Below are positions 51,195 through 64,000 of a DNA stretch of 64,000 nt, piece by piece. Location: NCBI GenBank assembly GCA_030704615.1, contig CM060734.1, forward strand, positions 35,092,001 to 35,156,000, read 5' to 3'. The position numbers were made by a program, and so were the translations under genes. The DNA is from Takakia lepidozioides (taxonomy: Eukaryota; Plantae; Bryophyta). Under the pieces are notes generated by a model, which saw nothing but the letters and a program-made list of their open reading frames with translations, was not told the origin of the DNA and ran no database searches. Each line of letters starts with the position of its first letter. The first letter of the stretch is position 1.

Positions 51195-52982
51195 TTTGTC
51201 AAGCAAAAAAGGCCACACAAAACCAACGAAAATTCGCACCTACTTCTCCCTTAGAAACTTGTCATTTCAAGCATTCAGAACACACATCGTCCATCCTGAG
51301 AAACAACAGGAGAACCACCACCAAAGATTTTAGTGAGGGTTTCATTCTAAAAAATTGATATTGCACAACACCAACCGAAGTATGACCACACTGTCACACG
51401 ATCAAGTTCTTACGATCGAGTTGTAGTTAGAAAGGGCAACCGTAAGTTTCAATGTCTATCAATGACCAGAGAGAGAGAGAGTATACGACACTCCTAGTAA
51501 CATTGAGGTTATATAATGACAAAGTCTGACTGTTAGGTTAGTGTTTATGAAGTCGGCTGTGTGGTCAGTCAGTATCATAGTCCTCGGCAAATTTGGGACA
51601 GAGAAAATAGCCGACAAGTTTTCAATGAAGCATGAAAAGCCAAGCGGTTCTGAAGTAGTTAAGTTGCAAATATTTGTAACTTGAAGAAAGAAGCAAAGAA
51701 CCGCCTTGGAAGAATATGTAGACGTGTCACTGTGAATAGCTCGTATACAAGCACCGGATCCGTAATGATGTACCTGGTTGCAGGAGTAAGGATTTCTAGA
51801 AATTACCTGAAAGTCGCGTTGGATTCTAGTCTTGCGCGTCAATCTTCCCAAGTGTCAATCTTCGCTACTTCAGGCCTGCACAACAATAGTAGCATGAGCT
51901 CACATTTCCAAGTTATTCCTTTCTCCTATATGAGATAATCCAAGCCTACGACAACGCAATATCCATAGACACGTCCAAACATAAAGGGTCCGGCTGCAAA
52001 GTGGCTAGCAAATGGACTTCAAAGTGGGTAAAGTGGTCCATTTATGGCAAACTCCGAGATGGATGGACAAAGAACCTCCATCTCTCAATCAAAACAAACA
52101 CGCCTTAATCTTTGAGTTAGAGTGTCGAATTATTGGATCTTGAGGTGGTGCACAGAAAATACCTTCTTAGATATTAAGACTTCCCCACAACTTTCAAGCA
52201 CAACCAGCAAGAGAGAAACACAAAAGAACCTACCATAATGCAAGGTATTTTGGGCAACTCATGCATTCATTTACAAGGTTGGCAGCATGAGATTGAATTC
52301 CTAATCACCTTAGCGCTAAGTATGTGGTATTAGTATCATCTCTTGTTCCTGCTGTAATTAGTGGATGCACCACGACATGCGCTTGATAGTGAAGCCCTCT
52401 AACAGCAAGAAACAACAATACTGAACATCAAGAGATTTCAAAGGTGCGACGTAGTATAGTGTCGTTGAAGCTAGATTAATTGAAGATATTCGGATCAGCC
52501 GTTTGAATCTGGCTTCGTACGATATGGCAGTTACGGACATTTATCAAAGTACAATCAAATTCAAATTGTAGGTGTTTCGCCACTATCTCCGTATGTACGT
52601 GGCTACAGCGTATTGCCAGGCCTCAAGTATTATACTTAAACGCTAGACCATCACTGCCCACCCATGGGCAGTACTTACAATCTCATATTTTTATTCAATA
52701 TGTGCTTTGGTTGTTTCTTGAATTAAGGGATAATATAATGAATACATCTATTTTTATAAATTGTATAAGAAAAATACATCTATTTTCCATAAAAAATGGA
52801 TCCTGTCTCTCTTATCAAACTTTCAGTGGTTATGAGGTGGGACGGTTTTATGTTTGACATGAAACTGAGAAATTTAAATATAATTATTATCAATTTTATA
52901 TGTAATATTGATTAGTACTGAGTACTTGAACTCTAATATCATTATAGAGAGATAATCAGATAATGTATTAAAAAATTATTAT

Positions 52983-53216
52983 ATATTTAAACGTAATTCA
53001 AGACATATACTCGAATATAATTCTCAGGAAATAACATGGCATATTTAAAAGTAATTCAGGACATATACTCGAATATAATTCTCAGGAAACAACATGGCAT
53101 ATTTAAAAGTAATTCAGGACATATACTCGAATATAATTCTCAGGAAATAACATGGCATATTTAAAAGTAATTCAGGACATATACTCGAATATAATTCTCA
53201 GGAAATAACATGGCAT
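52983..53216. repeat. 58-bp minisatellite, 4 near-identical copies
   Basis: Unit ATATTTAAAAGTAATTCAGGACATATACTCGAATATAATTCTCAGGAAATAACATGGC. Confidence 0.95.
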
Positions 53217-53519
53217 GTAGTGCAGTACCAGACTCCATAGTATGGGATGCCTCGATGAATATGTTGCCATCAATGTATGGAAGTGCATATCAAAGTCAGA
53301 GCATGAGATGGCCCACGAGCATACATCGCTGTGCATGACATTGAGCATGGGGCATGCATGAAGAAGAGGGTTTTATTGTGAGAAATTTGCATTTTAAATC
53401 TGGAAAGTCGATTAGGTGCATCCAGGCCACACTTGGGGACTTGGCCCGCGCCACAGCTCCTCACACGTCCCTCACACGTGAGAAGTGCAAATTGGCCGTT
53501 CCTGCCACAGGTGCAAACT

Positions 53520-53628
53520 CTTGACCCGGAAGGGTTACGAAAGGTGGACACCTTTGCGACACCAATCGGTGGATTGAACTCGCAACCACTTCCGAGGTGG
53601 TATGTGCCCTGGGTTACAACTTGGTTGT
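53520..53628 (-). mobile_element. Degenerate SINE family A copy
   Basis: Reverse complement ACAACCAAG..CACCTCGGAAGTGGTTGCGAGTTCAATCCACC..AAGGTGTCCACCTT..TAACCCTTC. Confidence 0.65.
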
Positions 53629-54044
53629 TTTGATTCCACACATATAGCCTAGACATTGGCAAACCCTTAAATGGGATCATCCATACTGGGCTACGAGGAG
53701 CGGACACAAATGGCTTTGTAGGGAGGTGTAAAATTAACGCTCAAAAAGCCACCATGTCGTGGAGTGAACAAAACGGTACAAAAGGCCTCATGGGACACGT
53801 CCCAAGAGAAAATAATACCACACACAACCAAGCAGCTGGATTTGAGCCCAGGAACACCTGAGTCCTAAACCATAGTGTCACACAGCAAGCAAGACAGAAA
53901 ATGTAGAAATGACTGAAGGGATATTCTAGATGCGGCAAAGGATTGAGTATACCATACGTGGAATTTTGTGGCTGAAGTAAACAGTACGCAGTTTTAACCA
54001 TAGTTACCCCTAGATTGTTCTCCAAGTTTGGCTACATTAGAGTC

Positions 54045-54540
54045 TGGTAGTTTTGTTTTGTTTTGTTTGTAGTGTCGTTGAGACTTGAGACCTCCCAAAC
54101 TGCAAGGGCTCCGCCCGGGGTCTTGATAGCCTTGGGAAGCCCTTGATGAGTAGGGTGCATCAAGGTGGTTACATAATTCTTGGATAATTTTTGAATTTCA
54201 AGGATTTTTAGTCACTGGCCCAAATTCGTCAAAATTAACAAATTAGTTTTTTCCCGAATATAAAAAGACTGTACATGCCACACCAGTATAATTAATATTA
54301 AGCAAAGAAACTTGTTTTGTAGCATCATTGAGATCTCCCCAACTGCAAAGCCTCCGCCCTGGGTCGCCATGGAAAGCCTTAGACGAGTAGGGTGATCGAG
54401 TCCGTTTCATAATTTTTTGGACACGTGGGAGAGATTGTATGTCTTGTATTTTTTGTTTTCTAATAGTACTTTTGTAACTAGAAATTTATGAAAAATAGAA
54501 AATTGAGTTTTCTGGAACATAAAATGACTGTACAATATGT
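54045..54540. repeat. Inverted relative of the 19.4-20.2 kb dispersed repeat
   Basis: GTTTTGTTTTG..TGTAGTGTCGTTGAGA..GGAAGCCCTTGATGAGTAGGGTGCA, present as two degenerate units. Confidence 0.6.
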
Positions 54541-56450
54541 GCTCAAGGGCACAGGCAAAGAAAACATAAGGTCTCATCTCATGGCCCATGAATGAAAGGG
54601 GGTTAATTTTTCTCCCTCCTCAAGGGCCTGAATTGTGGGCTGTCGCTCCCAGGTTCCCTACAGCCCAAAAACAAATATATATATATTTTTTGGGAAAATA
54701 CAAACGCAGTCCGATCACGCCAACACAAGCCTTGTCTCGCAAGGTGAGCAGCCTGTTTGCTGCTTGGGAGCAATCCCTCGGTTCTGCTCCTTGTGGCTCG
54801 CCGTTGAATTCCTCACTGCAGGTGTTGAAATTTATATACAATTTCTTTTAGCATCTTTGTCTGAAGTTCTCTCAAGCTCGTAGTTCTTGTGACTTTGTTG
54901 CAGTTGTTTCTGTTTCTGTCCTTTGTCCCCTCCACGTCCTTGGGGTCTCCCGCCGAGGTATAATCGAACTTCTTGCTGTCATTCTCTAGATCTACTGGGT
55001 CAAGTTGCGGTTCTCGATCTCAAGATTTCTGTCTATCGGGTGACCGCCGTCGAGTTCAACAGAACGCGTCAATTGTAAGGCGCTGGTTGGCGGTCTTAGT
55101 TCTGCGCTTGTTGGTGACAATGTGGACAATGCATGATGTAAGCCCACACCCCACCTCACCTCTGTTTTCTTTCTCATACCAGTAATTGCAGATGTGTTAC
55201 GTGTCGATTTTACTCTATATACTTTCAAATGAGCTTAGCTCCTCTTCTATGCTCTGCAGGTGTAGCTGTTGCTTTGGTGCAGGTTAAAATTGGGCCATCT
55301 CTTTCAAGAGGTTGTTTTGTAAAATTTTGAAATCCATGTTGGATTCCTTGTATCTAGCTCCCGAAAATCACAGAAACTGTTCGGTTTTTGGTGTTGTTGT
55401 CTGTGGCGTGACCCAGCTGTTCTACGCCCCGGACCCTACAACCTCTTGGCAGTGGCAGGAGCTGAAGCCATCGGAACGGGCAAAGGAAACCAGAGAGAAG
55501 GTAAGGTAACTTCATACATTCTAGTTTCTCGGTCAAGGAAATCTTAAAATCGTAAGATTGAGAGATGGGTCACGGCATATATGTGTTTTCTGATGAGGCC
55601 AAAGATTTCGGCCTTTTCTTAATTTGTGAACAGCGAATTTGATATCTCTAAGGATTTTGCTTTGCAGCACTGGTTTTGGCAGGTAGCTAAGTTTGGCCAC
55701 GGGTCCGCAAAAAATAATGTACCAATTTTCAGAGGGAGAATGACAGAGACGGGCTGTAGCACATGATTTGAATTCGAAATTTCAGATTAATTGTTGATTC
55801 GCAGGGCACCGCCACGGTTATGAGATGAGTGCAGCAAGCAGCAGTCTCGGTATGCCCAGTCCTGGACATATTGCATGTAAGAACATGGGACGTATATTTA
55901 ATGAGAAGATCTATTCCGGATGCACCCAGGTCAAAGAAACGTATGTGTACTGAATATCTTACCGAGCTCCAAATCCAGACTTAGAGATTCCTGATATTTT
56001 AGGTGTCATGACCTGAACACTCAACGCAATCGATCGAGCAATTTCAACATTTGGGCTAAATTTGAGAGAGTCTGGCAGCTGGAACATCCATGTATGCCTT
56101 GTACTCAGTTTCCCCTATATCACACTCCTCTCACTTGATACAATCGGTTGCAGAGCCACGACCAAAGCGTCAGATGTGCAACTTCTGGTGTACATAATCG
56201 CTAGATCTGAAGTTGGCACCGACCATTTCTCACACTGGACAATACGAACATGGACTAATGCTCATGCCGCCCTGTAGTTGCTTCATCACGTGCGATTGTC
56301 AGAAAACTGGTCGTAAGTTCCCCAATATTGAAGATGTGGATTTTTCCCTGCCCTGCAGGAAGTGCCCTATTAAAACACGTCTATTGATAAGCAGGTCAAC
56401 ACTCTGGACAGAGGAGAGTTCTTACCCATACCGTTTTCCGATTTTTGCAG

Positions 56451-56992
56451 CCTAAGGAAGTGCGATTGAGGGTGGATATCTGCTGCGAGGCGTGCGACAA
56501 GAAGATCCGCAATGTGCTTATCGTCATGAAGGGTACAATCCTACACACAATCCATCTGTATCCTAGATCAGAGAGATGACGCCGACCGAAGTCATTGTAA
56601 AACTGCATTCCAACATCAGCTAATTTGTCTTTGCTCGTCAAAATTTTGTCGAGATTTCCGTAGTTAGTGTCGTAAGCAGATGACCACGACTGTCAGTGTA
56701 AGCAGATGAAAAGCACCCTGGATGAAACTGTTGACCCACTGGTTGAAGTCAGTGGGCCCCCGGCCAGAAAGCGGTTGAATCTGATAACCGATACCCTCTA
56801 CCCTGAAACTACAGAGTGAAGACAACCGTAACGGAGTCTGGGACTCCGTGCATGACTTGGGTGATGATGGCAGGTGTGCAAAGCATCACTGTGGATAGGC
56901 AGGCGAATAAAGTGACAATTTATGGGGATGTGAAGGCCGAGGATGCGATCAAGGCCATAGCCAAGCGCCACAAGCGTGCCTCTCTGTGGTAG
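56451..56992 (+). CDS. Small heavy-metal-associated (HMA) domain protein, last two exons; start unresolved
   Basis: Exons 56451-56532 and 56874-56992 give PKEVRLRVDICCEACDKKIRNVLIVMKG|VQSITVDRQANKVTIYGDVKAEDAIKAIAKRHKRASLW*. CCxxC metal motif; no CaaX, so HPP-type rather than HIPP. Confidence 0.85.
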
Positions 56993-57381
56993 GACGTCAA
57001 ACAGAAGCAGGAGAAGAAAACATAGAGATATCTGGGGATGTGATCAGCGCTGCCCCTCGATGTACACTATTTGAAACACCTGCCGAGGGCGGAGTTAATT
57101 GAATACTTAATACTAATCTTGAGTCTTCACTTTTAAAAAGAAAAAAATGAAAGGGTAGCGATGCCCCTGCAAACTTTATTTGGGATTATTAGGAGGAAGA
57201 GTCTTCACATAGATCATTATTTACAAAAGTTATAGTAAGTACTGATGCAGGTACATGCTCTTGTTCAGCTTGCATCATATCGATCACATGGACCGCAACT
57301 TTTTACAACTAGAGGTAGATAGCTGGACGTTAACCGTCTCATCTTTCCCTCAGCAGCTAGTACTAGTGTTTTGTTGCTGAT

Positions 57382-60300
57382 CTAGGATGCAGCTGATCTG
57401 CGATGTACTTTGACCATAAGTCCATCCTTAGGCCGTGCAAGGGGTCCTTCGGTGAGGTCATCGCTGTTGCCAAGGATCTCCCAACTGCCATAAAACAATG
57501 TACATTTGTATATTTGTAGATCTCTAAGCAATCATACATGATCAGCTCTGCTCACATATATGTACTGTTAGCATAATGTCGATCCTCATGTCGATCTTGT
57601 GAGAAAGAACTGTATGAAGTCTACCTTATAGACGAAACCTGTAAATTACGTCGAACCTGCATAGTTTCTTTAAGATTCAATGACAAATTTCCATATACTA
57701 GTATCTCACTGGGTAGTATAATCTCCAATAAGTGGAATTTCCAGGTGATGTTACTGGATTGCGAAGAGCAGTTATAAGAGGCCCCAATGCATATCTAAGA
57801 AATAACTAACGGGACTGTTTAATTCTAGAGTGTTTATCTTGATAACGATGTGGCTCCCAGCTACCAATTTCCAAACAAACTTATATGTACATGTGGTTCA
57901 TCTTCAAACTGACATCAATAACTGGAATACAAAAGTTCCGTAAATAGTTCTGTTAGATCATAGAGTTCTAGAGGCACTCACTCATATTTGGTAACAAGGT
58001 GGTGAAGAAAGGTAAGAATCTCCAGTCTCGCCAACTCGTTCCCTGGGCAAGTACGGGGACCTTGTCCGAATGGAATGAAATAGTCTGGTGGTGTCTGCCC
58101 CCCCAATTCAAATATAGGTAAGCAAGCACGAAATGTTGAGAATTAAGAAAATGGTCTTCCTCATCCAACTTCAGTCTGCACCAGCAAGCACGAATGTTCC
58201 TTTTCTACTCATATCCACACCAGGGTTTTTGCTGGTTTTTTGGACAAAAGGGATCGTCCTCGGATCGTCTGTGGGTTACTTAGAGTTAATTTTGATCGTT
58301 CAGTAATGTAAATTCTTCGATCGTCTGTATTATATTCAGCTCGATCTGAAGTCACGAATCAGTATAACTGTATTCCAGCCCTTATCCCCCGTTCTGCAAT
58401 AAGCGTTCCATTTCCCATATTTTCTCTCTCTCATTTTCCCTTAAATGAGGCTAAGTCTCCCGTGGTACCTAACACCACTCTTGAGGATTACCTGATCCCT
58501 TTATTCTGTCGAGAAAATTTGCCCATAGGGAACAGGAAAATGGAATGACTATAATTATGGTTTTCCCTGGGGAATACCCTACAGCAGCTGCCCTATATCT
58601 TAAGAAGCCTTGACTGCTATTCTCATTTGGAAGACGATCAGGCAAGCGCTGAAGGAGCAGTCATCTTACTGCTGCACTATGGATACCTGCAACAAGGTAC
58701 TCATGCAGGCGCTGTGAACACTTTGAAGTGCATAGAATGCTGTTTAGTATCATGGCTAAACAAAGAGAGGACAATGTGAAGATTTTACATGGACCTGAAG
58801 CCCTAGCTCTACTCTGAACCTGTGAATAAAATTGCAAGCTAAGGGCTTCTACATGTGACCAGCTCGTGACCAGCTTGCTTGAGTACGTGCAGGCTTTATT
58901 AACACCTTCCTTTTGGAAATGGGTGCTTATTGATAGGAGACTACCACCCCCTTTAGAGTGGGCTAAAGTAAGTGCTGAAGTACTGCAAGCTCAATTTTCC
59001 ATTGTTGAGGTCACTGCCGTTCAGGTAAGGTTTTACATTCTAGATTTCCTTAAGAGACAGCCACTTCAGTGCCTTTTTTTTATTGCTGGGAAGCAGCTAC
59101 TAAGGGCAAGAGACTAAGGGTTCAAGTTAAAGCTTTGAGCTCTTTTAGACTTGGATGATTAGGTGTGTATGTGTTATTAACATACACAATCATCATGAAA
59201 ATGCTTTGATTGATGGTCTAAAGATGTAAGAGCATATATACTTAAAGAACTCACATTGAGCAGATATTTTCAAATATTTAGCCTGGGACATCGTCAAATG
59301 CAGGTGTTGCCTTAGGATTGACAAGTGCTATATTTCTACCACTTCTTCTGCTTCCGAGGATATGGAAGTGACAAGGAAAACTTTCAGCTGTGAGCTGCCT
59401 ATCTAGTATGCATCTGGTTGCCATTTAAGGAAAACCCTGTACATCTGAAGGATATGACAAGGCAGATTTGGGTTGAGGCAGTTAAACCCGGCTGTCTGAT
59501 GACACAACACGTTGTGTGTATAGGAACTCGGACTACCTAGACGTGCATTTTTACATGAGTGGCAAAGTTCGTGGTTGACATAACACAGACCTGGTATCTG
59601 TAGGGGTTGAATTTGAGTGGATCAGGCCAGCTTGCCGGATTCGTATGGATGCATTCCATATCGACCATTACTGTCCATCCCGTTGGGATTGTGAGTCCTG
59701 TTGACATGAACGAATTCCATTAAAGCCCGATATAGAAGTTAAGTACGGATCTAGACAACAAGTGGTGCTGTAGGTTCAGTTTCTGGAACGATATGGGCAC
59801 TAGGCTGTACACAAAACAATTCATGCGCAGATTGAACCAACGAACACAGACAGACATATTGAACAATCTTGTTCTAAAGGCACCGGAGTTGGTTGTTCAA
59901 TCAGTACACAAGGAATCGTGTCGAATGGTGAGCGAGAACATACCATTGCACTGTACATCTTCAAGAGCCTCACGGAAAACAAATTTAGTAACGTGAAGTC
60001 GAATAGCCTCTTGCATTACCTGCATTGCAAGTGTTGTTAATGCTTCAGAACAACGCAATAATTGCTTAAGTACTATGAAGAACAGATTCAGCAATACAAC
60101 TTTGTCGACCTTTCGTCTCACCTTTCGTAGTTACGGCTTTTGAATGTCAATGTCAGTTATAAATTTCGAACGCTACTGTCGATCGATCGATCTCAATTAG
60201 TGCCCATTTTTCCAATTTGGATTTCGTAAGGAATGGCTGTAAAACAAATGGAAGAGGATGGATTGAATACCCAGGTTGTGATGGTCATGGCTTTGAAGTC

Positions 60301-63300
60301 GGATAATGTCAAGGGCACATTGGGGTCCGATTTCAATTTGAGGATCTGCTCCTGCTCCATCTGCATACCACACATAATAATGCAAACAATTCACAGCACT
60401 AGAGCTGCAAACCTATATTGTTGCGAGCATTGCATGTCACGAACAGAATATAGAGAAAGGGTGGGGACCACAGGGAAACTATTAAGAAACTCAGTGTTTT
60501 CCCTTTCTGTAGTACTTAGTATTCGCCACTAAGTATTAACATGATACATGCATCCTTCGCAACAAACTCTAGACAATTGGAAAATCGGGTCACGATCGAT
60601 CTGTGCGCAACATGTAGATTGCACAACCTGGGATTGCAAGCTTCCTTACCCTCACGTCAGCCAGCACATGGGGATTCTCCTTCAACAGCTTTATAGACCA
60701 CAGAAGCGTACGAGAGGTGGTATCTATGCCTCCTGCAAGATTGAGCAAAATGTTGTCTGCAATCTCTTCATCTGAAATTGTCCCAAGCTCCTCTGACTCA
60801 GGACTGTCAAGCATGGCTTGCAACACATCGTTGCAATGCACTTCTCCTGACCTTCTTTGTGCAATCACCTTGCCGAACACGGCAAGCATGCGTCTTCTGG
60901 CCTGGAAGACATACACGCAAATTAGAGACGCAAACCCAGTCCAGTGCTATGTACTTGTGAAAACCGCCCAATTAGCGTACTTTTAGTACATAAATATAAT
61001 ATCGTGCAGCTTTGATTCCAGTGCAAACACAGTGCAGTATCTCGTGGGCCTGATCGACTACTGAATTTGCGATCAAACCTCGAGGCAGCACAGATATGTA
61101 CAAGCGATTGTGGAAATTAAGAGAAGTGGACGTCGCACGATTAGCTAAATGTGGGAGTGAAATTTGCCCAAATGCCGGGTATGCCCAGCGCACATCGCGG
61201 ACAAACAAGGAGATCATAACTTAGGATTTAACAGAATGGTGAAGTTATTGATCAAATAAGGGGAAGTGGGGGTATTGTATGTCCTTCTAACAACATTCAG
61301 TTCAGGTACAGAAAGCAAAAGCTGGGGGAAGGGAAGGGAATGGCAGCTAGTTTCTGTCCCAACAATAGTCGTGGAGAAGCTTGCAATAAATTACTTGAAA
61401 TGAAGAAGGAGAGCTCTAGCGCCAACCTGGAAGGCTTTGTAGTAAGTTGTCCCCACAATTTTGTAAGTAAACCATGTCCACAGGCCTTTCTCGAACTCGG
61501 TGTAATCTTCCTGCAAATTATCTTGAACGTCCATCTCTCTGCTGTACGTAATGCTACATATCGCTCCGAGCGTGAACTGTCCAGAACGTCCACAATGTAT
61601 CTATCAATCAGGCAAGAGCTGGACCACTTTCAGGTCGCACTAACCTGATAGAGGGAATCACTAATAAAAGCACGAATAGTCCGAGTTCGAGCTTCTCTTC
61701 CGACCAAGTAAATCAACGTCATAGAAGTATAATGAAAGTCGGACAACATTCTTCTGCGTCGGGAATTCTAAACTAGATAAGGTACAAAGTCCAACACTCG
61801 TCGTGAGTCCCTCACGGACGACATACATACATGTACTACTTACTTTGTATGAATGTATCACTCTATTTAGATTATTTGTTAGAGGCGAGAGTGTTTATTG
61901 ACTTCCCTACCTTCCTCAAGCTGTCATAACAGCTCACAGTGCGACCTTCCCATGATTTCAATACTGCTAGTATTACAGCCTCAACCTCGGGTAATCGGTG
62001 CTGTAATGGTTGGGGCTGAATAGGTCTCTGAATGACCTTCCGCATTCTGGTGTGCGGCTGCCCTCTCAATGCAAAGATGCTGGTCCTTCCAAATAGTTCC
62101 GAAACCGCTTTTGGCCACCTCGACTCATAGCACTTGTGGTTCTTGACCAGTACTGACCTCGACAACTCCGGTGATGCGGCTACAATGGTCGGTTTTCCAA
62201 GTATGTGTGTCTTATACAATGCGCCAAACCTGTGACCCAATGCCACATACCATTGCAGCACAATGATGACCAGTCTGAAACTACCCACGATCCACCGTGA
62301 AATACATAGCTCTTGAATGAATAGCTTAAAAGAAAGAGGTTTGGGGAACTCGTAACTTACACGTACCTCTGAACTAGGTAGTTTTCCTCCTCTGTGTTTT
62401 CTTCTCTTGATTATGAATTGCAGGACCTCTGGACTTGTGTTCTAAACTACAAAACTCTTTTTTTATTTCCTTAGCTCACCACCCGCTCTCTCTTTCTCGA
62501 CCTCTCTGTGTTTGCTCTGTCCTTTCGTTTTTATATATCTGGACATCATGTTCTGATTTTTTTCGGGAGTCTGGACTCTTGAGTCTCGTGTATCCATCCA
62601 TCATAATTACTGAATCTCGTAATAAGATACAGCACACGTCGCTCAAATCCTTTTTCCTCACACATCGCACACTCTGACAGAACTTCATGCTGAATTTCCA
62701 ACTTTGTAAGCACTTCTTATTCTAAAGATAAGTAATAGAGTAGTACTTACCCCGTGAGCATGAGGGCCAGTCTGGTTCAAATTCAAATGCATTCAATTAG
62801 CAATTTCGAAGTAATAGGCCTGCAAAGTAATTAACACCGGAACGAACTGTAGCTTCAGTACTGCTCCCTCCCTATGTGTATTGGTCCCCTAGGATGTGTT
62901 TGGAACAATATGCGCTGTCTCTTTGTTTCTCTTCAGGGTGGGTTCCCACAACCTACGGATAGAGATTGGCAGATGGGAAAACCTGCAACGGGAGGACCGC
63001 CTATGTCCAGCTTGCATAGGGCGCAACAAGGAAATTGAAACTGAAGAACACTTCTTCTTCTACTGCCCTCTGTACTACGAGATCCGTGGGAGATTCCACT
63101 GTTTATTCACTGGAACCCAAACTCTCACTGATGTCTTCCACTATGAGGATAAAAAATGCTTGGCAGCCTACCTGCACGAGGCCTTCACCCTTAGACAATC
63201 GCTAGAACATTAATTGTGGTTTCTGGATTTGTTCCTCTCTCATGTTTTCTTCCATTTTGTCCCATAAGCTCTATGAGCTTTCCGCGGACGTTATAAAGCA

Positions 63301-63730
63301 CCATTTCATTTCATTTCATTTCTTTCCATTTTGTCCCATAAGCTCTATGAGCTTTCCGCGGACGTTATAAAGCACCATTTCATTTCATTTCATTTCTTCA
63401 AATTCGAAAGAAATTCACAGAAGAGGTCTGCTTAAAGTTGCGACTTTCATTCCATGTATATTTTTGAGGTGGGGAATGGGACACTAACTTGGAGACTGGT
63501 CCATGGCCAGTAAAGAGAGGGTCCCGTTTCAGAAATTTTCTGCCGTTGCCAAGCCAGGGCCACCCCATGGAGCCTGGAGGTAGAGGAGCCGCTCCTGGCT
63601 GAAGTTGAGGCCGGTAGAGCCATTCAGTAATAACCGAGGCGCCTCCAAAATAAAGAAAGAGGAGCGCAGCTGTACTCAGCCCGCATACGACTGCGGTGGG
63701 TGCTCCTGCACCTGAGCTTATCCAGTCCAT
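57382..63730 (-). CDS. Cytochrome P450, CYP85 clan, copy 2; 9 exons, 483 aa
   Basis: Exons 63730-63489, 62229-61911, 61576-61427, 60901-60650, 60360-60271, 60019-59944, 59697-59591, 58094-57982, 57484-57382 (1452 nt, in frame). Motifs AGGIDTT, EAIR and [10 protein letters not shown]. Confidence 0.93.
62880..63396 (+). mobile_element. 5'-truncated RTE-X-like LINE in intron 1 of CYP copy 2
   Basis: [36 protein letters not shown]-terminal motif and (CATTT)n tail. Absent from the homologous intron of copy 1. Confidence 0.8.
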
Positions 63731-64000
63731 AGAAGTCCTCTGATGGGTGCCCAAGGGAGACTTCTCACTAAGCTACAGAGAAAGAGGAAACACAATCTCG
63801 AGAGCAAGGTATCTGGAGTCTGGGGAGATTAGGTGCCCTCTTACTCACAAACTATTCAGCAGCTCTTCAGCAGACAAATCGAGCTTGTGGACATTTGTGT
63901 GTAGGGACCTTAACGAAGGAGGAGAAAGTTCAACCGGAAAGCATAATAATAGAGCAACTTCCTTCCCTGAAAGAAAGAAGAGTCAGAGTTCAACTTATAT

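Noticed and set aside
53214-53222. CACTA-like right end (TGTAGTG) after the minisatellite as the boundary of the cargo island
   Set aside because: No matching CACTAC left end with a 3-bp TSD was found.

Overview
Eukaryotic, intron-rich land-plant DNA. It looks bryophyte-like, but the species cannot be fixed from the sequence. I reconstructed four intact spliced genes by hand: two tandem PRA1.A-type prenylated Rab acceptor genes (7 exons, 208 aa each) and two inverted CYP85-clan cytochrome P450 paralogs (9 exons; 478 and 483 aa). A small HMA (CCxxC) metal-binding gene is also present, with its 5' end unresolved. The rest is largely mobile DNA. (i) A 6.6-kb Pack-MULE (about 230-bp TIRs, 9-bp TSD) carries chimeric PLS-PPR/E/E+ fragments and sits 341 bp upstream of one P450. 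(ii) An island of about 13 kb between the P450s holds co-oriented decayed genes: a KDM3/JMJ25-like JmjC demethylase, an RNA polymerase largest-subunit fragment (Pol IV/V-like) and a divergent HECT ligase, interrupted by a TIR element. (iii) A LINE family repeatedly sits in (TC)n tracts. (iv) An RLE-type LINE and a tRNA-derived SINE share a covarying 3' RNA structure. No database searches were run. Family assignments rest on motif recognition and manual splicing, and TE boundaries are approximate unless a TSD is quoted.
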